Of a DNA stretch of 62,068 nucleotides, positions 57,070 to 62,068 are shown one piece after another (the stretch's first letter is position 1; each line of letters starts with the position of its first letter). A model generated the notes under the pieces. That model searched no databases, had not been told where the DNA came from, and saw only the letters and a program-made list of their open reading frames with translations. Source of the stretch: a virus (taxonomy: Duplodnaviria > Caudoviricetes); IMG/VR virus record IMGVR_UViG_3300017989_000122, positions 1 to 62,068 of that record, one strand, 5' to 3'. Made by a program: the position numbers and the translations under genes.

Positions 57070-58091
57070 TCATCCTCATCCTTGAACAAACTGATTGCGT
57101 AGGTAGCATCGTCATGTTGGACGAGCATCCGGTCGGTACCGACGAGAACTTCGTTGCTCTTGTCCACAACCATCAGGAGGAGTTCGGGTTGTACTTGGAA
57201 TTGGAGGGTGTCCTTGAACCGCGTCCGTAACGTTTCCTCTACCCATCCTTTTTCGCTCTGTGCCCTGATGACAAGTTTGCCACCAGCGAACTTTACCAGT
57301 ACGCGTTCATCCTGTTTGAACTCGGCAATAGAAAATATCTTGGCCCGCTCGACTGATTGTAACAAGGTGGACGGGAATCTGACTTGCTTCATGTCCTTCG
57401 TACGTTTCAAGAACGGGGCAAGGTCAGGATACTTGTCATTCGTTTTCGTTTGTCGTGTCCCGATTCCTACCTTCTCTTCAGTGCGAAGGTGGAACCAACC
57501 ATCCTTGCCTACCATGTACTGTGTGACCGGATACTCAATCAGTTCTGATATGACATGTGCCGGGATGAGGAGTTCCTTACTGACCTTACCGCATGGCACG
57601 CGTACCATCTGGAACCCATCACAGGCCTCCACAAATGTTTCCTTGACGTGGACGGCCGTCAGTTCAGGCCGTGCCAAACTATTCGTCGCATACTGATAAC
57701 TGGTGGCCAGGCCTTCCACCAATCCCTTCGGCACTTTCTTCCAGGCACCTTTCAAGTTGATAAACTTGTCCACGGGCAACGTGACTTCTGCATCCATCCG
57801 CACACCTGCTTTGGTTCGTTTACCGCTGATGAGGAGTTCACCCTTCCCCATTTCCAGTTCGACCTCATCATCTTCCATTCTGTCAAGGAGTGTCAGCAGT
57901 TCTTCGGCTGGCACCGCGCCTTCCAGGCCCTTCGTTGGCAGTGGTGCCTGGACATAGAGCAGGTCGTTATAGGAGTGTACAAATCCCTTGCGGAATATAA
58001 ACGAACTGGATTGTTCGACGATTTCTTTCGATGCAAGTCCAGGTTGTACGATGGTCAGCATGCGCCACAATTGCTCCCGGTTGACTTTCAT
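57066..58091 (-). CDS. DNA sliding clamp (beta-clamp-like)
   Basis: 341 aa; RPELTAVH..ACDGFQM, YPDL, SVERAKIF; next to polymerase. Confidence 0.75.
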   Translation of the reverse strand: MKVNREQLWRMLTIVQPGLASKEIVEQSSSFIFRKGFVHSYNDLLYVQAPLPTKGLEGAVPAEELLTLLDRMEDDEVELEMGKGELLISGKRTKAGVRMDAEVTLPVDKFINLKGAWKKVPKGLVEGLATSYQYATNSLARPELTAVHVKETFVEACDGFQMVRVPCGKVSKELLIPAHVISELIEYPVTQYMVGKDGWFHLRTEEKVGIGTRQTKTNDKYPDLAPFLKRTKDMKQVRFPSTLLQSVERAKIFSIAEFKQDERVLVKFAGGKLVIRAQSEKGWVEETLRTRFKDTLQFQVQPELLLMVVDKSNEVLVGTDRMLVQHDDATYAISLFKDEDE

Positions 58092-58264
58092 TTCTCCTTC
58101 TCCTTCTTGAATCGTTTGTTAATCCCGGTTCGGATATACGTGGGGAGGATGGAACTTTTGTCCTTGATATGCCAGTAACTCAGTAGCCGGTGGCGGTACT
58201 TGGTATGAGTCAGTACCTGCCCCTGCCGCGGTTCTTCCAACCATGTAGCCAGGTAAATCTTCAC
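58088..58264 (-). CDS. 58-aa protein resembling the N-terminal segment of the TGT/DpdA-like barrel
   Basis: VKIYLATW...HRLLSYWHI; GTGA and ATGA coupling on both sides. Confidence 0.55.
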   Translation of the reverse strand: MKIYLATWLEEPRQGQVLTHTKYRHRLLSYWHIKDKSSILPTYIRTGINKRFKKEKEK

Positions 58265-59112
58265 AGTGCAAAACCAGTCCTTCCTTTGGATGGTGTATGC
58301 TCTTCCAGTTCCCGTTCGATTACGAACGCGTTGATTACAGTACGAAGGTAGGAAGCATCCTTCGTCGGCTCACTGATGTCCTTCCACTTGATGCTGCGGT
58401 CAGGGAACAACTCCTTGAGGCGCCTCTCTACTGCCTTGATTTGTGAGGGGGATACAACCGATGAGCCTTTGGAGTAGGACTTGATACCGGTCGAAACCCG
58501 CAACTGTCCCCACGGTGGTAGGACCAGGACGCCAACACGTCCGGCCCGTGCGGCAGTGGTGGAATCGACCGAATACCAGGGATACATCTTCGTGACGAGC
58601 ATATCGGTCATGCCGAAACCATGTACCTTGACTTTCGGATTGGTATCCGATAAAATCTTCCAGCATCGGTCATACCAGCGCCGCAAGTTTTCCCGGGTGC
58701 GTGCGACCGTCCTGCCGCCCAGGGCGATGTACTCGAATCGGTCGAGGTACCTATACCAGTACTCGATAGGTTCGCCGTAGTGAAAGCAGGGGATAGGCAT
58801 CAGCCCACGCTTGACCATCCTCAACTGATTCTTCCATGAGGCAGGGGCGTTACCGATGACATCCAAGTTGGCGTATGCCTCGAACTCATCACCGCGTTTA
58901 TGAAGGAAGGAAACATAATCATCCAGTTTGATTTCGTTGCCGGAATTGTAGGCGGAGAATGCACCAGAGTCCAGGAACATCCCACTGCAGTAGGATGGTA
59001 TCTCGTCCCACACCCTTACGGCGAATGACTGTAGTATCCTGACCTTCCGACCCATCAGTAGGGAGGCATAATCTTCGTTCATCTCGAACGCGGAGTGATA
59101 CACCTTCATCAT
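58261..59112 (-). CDS. TGT/DpdA-like deazaguanine DNA transglycosylase, paralog 2
   Basis: FLDSGAFS, YANLDVI, PCFHYGE, IALGG, VHGFG, PWYSVDST. Confidence 0.75.
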   Translation of the reverse strand: MMKVYHSAFEMNEDYASLLMGRKVRILQSFAVRVWDEIPSYCSGMFLDSGAFSAYNSGNEIKLDDYVSFLHKRGDEFEAYANLDVIGNAPASWKNQLRMVKRGLMPIPCFHYGEPIEYWYRYLDRFEYIALGGRTVARTRENLRRWYDRCWKILSDTNPKVKVHGFGMTDMLVTKMYPWYSVDSTTAARAGRVGVLVLPPWGQLRVSTGIKSYSKGSSVVSPSQIKAVERRLKELFPDRSIKWKDISEPTKDASYLRTVINAFVIERELEEHTPSKGRTGFAL

Positions 59113-60032
59113 AACTTGAACCCCGTGGTGGATGCCTTGAACGGCCACGGCCAGGCAGGCATTTGGTTTTCCAGGTCCTTGAAGAATAGGATATTGATTT
59201 CGTCACGGAGCCAGTAGCAATTGCTGACACCGTCGACCAGTCGCCTTTCCACAACACGTTTGCCATCGACCGCCTTGCCGACCCATTGCTCGTCGGCCTT
59301 CAATTTGTAGCCCTTGCCTTCCTTGTGGAACTCCGACTTGCCCATCATCATCCCCTTCGACTTCAGGTAGGCCAGCAGTTGTTCCTGCTCATGCTCCGTC
59401 ATGTAAACGAAATGTTGTCGGCTACTTCCCTTGCGTTTGCGCCCTGCCGAACTGGATATGGTGATGACCCAGGCAGTTTCATTGTACACCCAATTCCCCT
59501 TACGAAATCGCGGGACATAGATTTGTCCCATCCGACTCGCCACGACCCAACTCGTCGAGTCAACCGAGTACCATGGATAGCGGAGCATGAGTTTCAATGT
59601 CGTCAGGCCAAAGCCATGTACCTTGACCTTGGGCATCCCGTCCTTGTCACAAATGTACTTGGTGAACAGGCGGTCGAGCGGGCGGCTCGAGTCACTCACC
59701 TTCAACCCGTCACTGGTCGCCTTCCTGACCATGCCGCCCATAGCGATGTAGTCATACTTGGACACGTACTCCTTCAGGAACTTGACCGGTTCGCCCAGAT
59801 GGTAGCAGGGGATGGGATGCAGTCCGGCCTTCTCCATCCGCTTCTGGTTACGGAGTGTTGCCTGTGGGTCGTTGATTACATCGAGGTTCGCGTACGCGGC
59901 GATGAGTCCTTCGTGCTCCTTGATGAACTCGATGTAGTCGTCAATGCTGACCTGAACGCCTTGCGTATACGCACTGAATGCTCCCGAGTCCAGGAACAAG
60001 TCAACCTTTGCCTTGGATGTTGTTCGTCGCAT
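59109..60032 (-). CDS. TGT/DpdA-like deazaguanine DNA transglycosylase, paralog 1
   Basis: FLDSGAFS, YANLDVI, PCYHLGE, IAMGG, VHGFG, PWYSVDSTSW. Confidence 0.8.
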   Translation of the reverse strand: MRRTTSKAKVDLFLDSGAFSAYTQGVQVSIDDYIEFIKEHEGLIAAYANLDVINDPQATLRNQKRMEKAGLHPIPCYHLGEPVKFLKEYVSKYDYIAMGGMVRKATSDGLKVSDSSRPLDRLFTKYICDKDGMPKVKVHGFGLTTLKLMLRYPWYSVDSTSWVVASRMGQIYVPRFRKGNWVYNETAWVITISSSAGRKRKGSSRQHFVYMTEHEQEQLLAYLKSKGMMMGKSEFHKEGKGYKLKADEQWVGKAVDGKRVVERRLVDGVSNCYWLRDEINILFFKDLENQMPAWPWPFKASTTGFKL

Positions 60033-60070
60033 ATTATTAGATACCCGGTCGTTTGCGGTGAAAGAAGTTC

Positions 60071-60958
60071 CTACCGGATTAAACCCATCAATTCTGCACG
60101 GGCTTCCGGTTTCTTGAGGAAGGCCCCACGCAGGCTACTCGTGACCATGACTGAATGTTGTTTCCCGATTCCTCGGCAGGTCATGCACAGGTGTTGCGCC
60201 TCCAAGACACAAGCCGCGCCCTTCGGCCTGAGGTGTTCCATCAGTGCCGCCGTCACCTGCTGACCGATGCGCTCCTGGATTTGTAGTCGCCGGGAAAAGA
60301 TTTCCAGTAGTCGAGCCAGCTTGGATATGCCCACGACCATCCCGCTGGGGATGTAGGCGATGTGCGCCTTGCCGGAGAAGGGAAGCATGTGATGTTCGCA
60401 CATGGAATAGAACTCGATGTCCTTCAGGAGGACCATCTCATCACAGGCGCCGTCGTAGAATGTCTTCAGGACGGAGGCGGGGTCCTGGTCATAGCCGGAG
60501 TACAACTCCTTCCATGACCGCACGATACGCTCGGGCGTTTCCAGTAGGCCTTCCCGGCGAGGATTCTCACCGATGTGTTCCAGGATACGGACGACCGGGT
60601 CGGTGGCGTCCTCATCAGCGAGGTGTTCCTCCCACGGGAACACGACCCAGCCGATGTCCTTGTCCCGCCCCGTCGTCTTGTCCACGGCGGCGACGAAGGG
60701 AACGTTAGGGAATTGCTTGCGGTAGTCATCGCGCGTCCTACCGGAGTCAATGATGTCATCAACGATTACATGGCATGGCAAGTGGGAAACGAACTGGTAA
60801 CAGTCAGGATAATTTTCAGCCATCACTGCCGCCAGTATCGTCCCACCACGCGGCACTCCATAAATGATAAGTGGACTAGAGTGGTTCTCCCGATACGGCC
60901 TGAGCTTCTCGTTCAGCCGCCCCCTGACATCCAAGTACGACAAATGGGTCCTTTTCAT
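60071..60958 (-). CDS. folE: Phosphoribosyltransferase-GTP cyclohydrolase I fusion
   Basis: N-terminal GVPRGG, VIVDDIIDSGRT, WVVFPWE; C-terminal REGLLETP, CEHHMLPF, GISKLAR, LQIQE, HLCMTCRG. Confidence 0.92.
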   Translation of the reverse strand: MKRTHLSYLDVRGRLNEKLRPYRENHSSPLIIYGVPRGGTILAAVMAENYPDCYQFVSHLPCHVIVDDIIDSGRTRDDYRKQFPNVPFVAAVDKTTGRDKDIGWVVFPWEEHLADEDATDPVVRILEHIGENPRREGLLETPERIVRSWKELYSGYDQDPASVLKTFYDGACDEMVLLKDIEFYSMCEHHMLPFSGKAHIAYIPSGMVVGISKLARLLEIFSRRLQIQERIGQQVTAALMEHLRPKGAACVLEAQHLCMTCRGIGKQHSVMVTSSLRGAFLKKPEARAELMGLIR

Positions 60959-61632
60959 CAGTCCGCCTCCTCATACTTGACCGGGTCCTTCAACCCCAAG
61001 GACTCGAACGCATCCAACCGCTTGCGACAGGCACCACACTTCCCGCACGGCAGTCGCTGGTCCTTATAGCAGGTGCGTGTGAGTTCGTACGGGACTTCAC
61101 GAGCAATCCCATCCATCAGGATTCCTTTCTTGTTTGTGTAAACGAACGGAGCCTCCAAGGTGGTGGCTCTTCCCGTTCCTTCTTCAACCGCCAGCTTCAT
61201 CGCCTCGAAAAACGCGGGCGTCGTATCTGGGTATACTGTGATATCGCCAGGTGTTTGATGAAAACCAAACGCAATCGTATCCACCTCCATTGACTGTGCC
61301 AGCCCGGCCAGGATGGCGGCAAAGACTATGTTGCGTGCCGGTAGGTAGGTCTTGGTCATGGCCGGTTCCAGGAAGTGGCCTTCGGGAATCTCGCCCTGCC
61401 CATCTAGTAGGTTGGACTTGAAGCTGGTGAAGCAGGCGGAGATGTCATAGTGGCGTAGGTGTTGCCGTAGTCCGAAGTGGGCCAGTACGTCAAGCATCGC
61501 CTGCCGTTCCCACTTGTTGTTCTTGGCACCATACTGGAAGTGCACTGGAAAGACGTCACGGCCTTCATCCAGTGCCCAAGCAATCACAGCGGCCGAGTCC
61601 ATGCCGCCAGAAGTACTAACAATAGTTTTCAC
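60958..61632 (-). CDS. queC: 7-cyano-7-deazaguanine (preQ0) synthase
   Basis: SGGMDS, TYLPARN, YPD, TRTCY..PCGKCGAC. Confidence 0.95.
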   Translation of the reverse strand: MKTIVSTSGGMDSAAVIAWALDEGRDVFPVHFQYGAKNNKWERQAMLDVLAHFGLRQHLRHYDISACFTSFKSNLLDGQGEIPEGHFLEPAMTKTYLPARNIVFAAILAGLAQSMEVDTIAFGFHQTPGDITVYPDTTPAFFEAMKLAVEEGTGRATTLEAPFVYTNKKGILMDGIAREVPYELTRTCYKDQRLPCGKCGACRKRLDAFESLGLKDPVKYEEAD

Positions 61633-61660
61633 GGTTCAGTCACTCCATAGATGGTAGATT

Positions 61661-61690
61661 GCACCCCCTGCCGACTTGCACAGGGGGTGC
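61661..61690. terminator. Perfect 10-bp hairpin between the H1-like gene and queC
   Basis: GCACCCCCTG-N10-CAGGGGGTGC; no clear U-tract. Confidence 0.45.
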
Positions 61691-61708
61691 TGGGATACGG
61701 ACTGGCGA

Positions 61709-62068
61709 CTACTTCTTCTTCGCAATCGCCGGGAGTCCCTTGCCGTTGGCCCACCGGTTCATCCAGGACCGGATGGTCGACTCCTTGACTTTCTTGCCGA
61801 CCATCTTGTACAGCTTGGCGGCATCCGTCTCGCCCTTGCCCTTCTTCCAGGCCTTCCAGACCTGCGCCTTGGGGCACGACTCCAACGTCTTCCGGTCGCG
61901 CTTCGGTGGTGTGGGCTTGGACTTCTTCTCGGCGGCCTTCTTGCCATTGGACTTCTTCTCGGCGGCCTTCTTCGTGGTCTTCTTGGACTTCTTGGTGGCT
62001 TTCACTTCCTCTTCCTCCTCTTCTTCGGATTCCTCTTCCTCCTCGGCTTCCTCCTCGGCTTCCTCCTC
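61709..62068 (-). CDS. 3' half of the wrap-around Lys-rich protein (H1-like repeats + small C-terminal domain)
   Basis: KKAAEKKS twice; ESTIRSWMNRW; frame open to the window end. Confidence 0.7.
   Translation of the reverse strand, partial: EEEAEEEAEEEEESEEEEEEEVKATKKSKKTTKKAAEKKSNGKKAAEKKSKPTPPKRDRKTLESCPKAQVWKAWKKGKGETDAAKLYKMVGKKVKESTIRSWMNRWANGKGLPAIAKKK

Noticed and set aside
59286-60263. 325-aa plus-strand ORF (also 19144..20298 and many similar long antisense ORFs)
   Set aside because: Shadow frames opposite well-supported genes in a GC-rich genome; no motifs or RBS.
1-62068. Alternative genetic code; queF/arcS genes; prophage state
   Set aside because: Genes are intact in the standard code; no QueF or ArcS motifs, host flanks, integrase or repressor were recognised.

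Overview
The window appears to be a complete, circularly permuted ~62 kb tailed dsDNA phage genome with siphovirus-type morphogenesis genes. The first and last 34 nt are identical, and a gene reads in frame across that junction. I found no integrase, repressor or recognisable endolysin. The minus-strand arm (~45,026-62,068 continuing into 1-11,768) carries a complete preQ0 7-deazaguanine DNA-modification pathway: queC, a PRTase-folE fusion, queD, queE and two TGT/DpdA-like paralogs. The same arm encodes a split family-A DNA polymerase (UDG-exonuclease plus polymerase), a sliding clamp, a clamp loader, a T4-like recombination set (SSB, UvsY-like, RecA, resolvase, split SbcC with SbcD), primase, helicase, an initiator, a sigma factor and small early genes. 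The plus-strand arm (12,756-44,802) encodes terminases, portal, a MuF protein with a nuclease-like extension plus a candidate immunity gene, protease/scaffold, capsid, a five-gene glycan synthesis/methylation/sulfation cluster, fibres, neck and tail genes, a lipoprotein, a patatin phospholipase and an NrdD-type glycyl-radical peptide. The most unusual signals are four. (i) An integrase-less array of three integron attC-like hairpins at 53,359-53,948, in which genes on the opposite strand start and stop inside the hairpins. (ii) A minus-strand RNA hairpin whose loop is antisense to the shared early-gene ribosome-binding leader. (iii) The virion-linked glycan cluster. (iv) The PRTase-FolE fusion with dual, possibly split, DpdA proteins. 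All calls come from reading motifs by eye; no database search was run.
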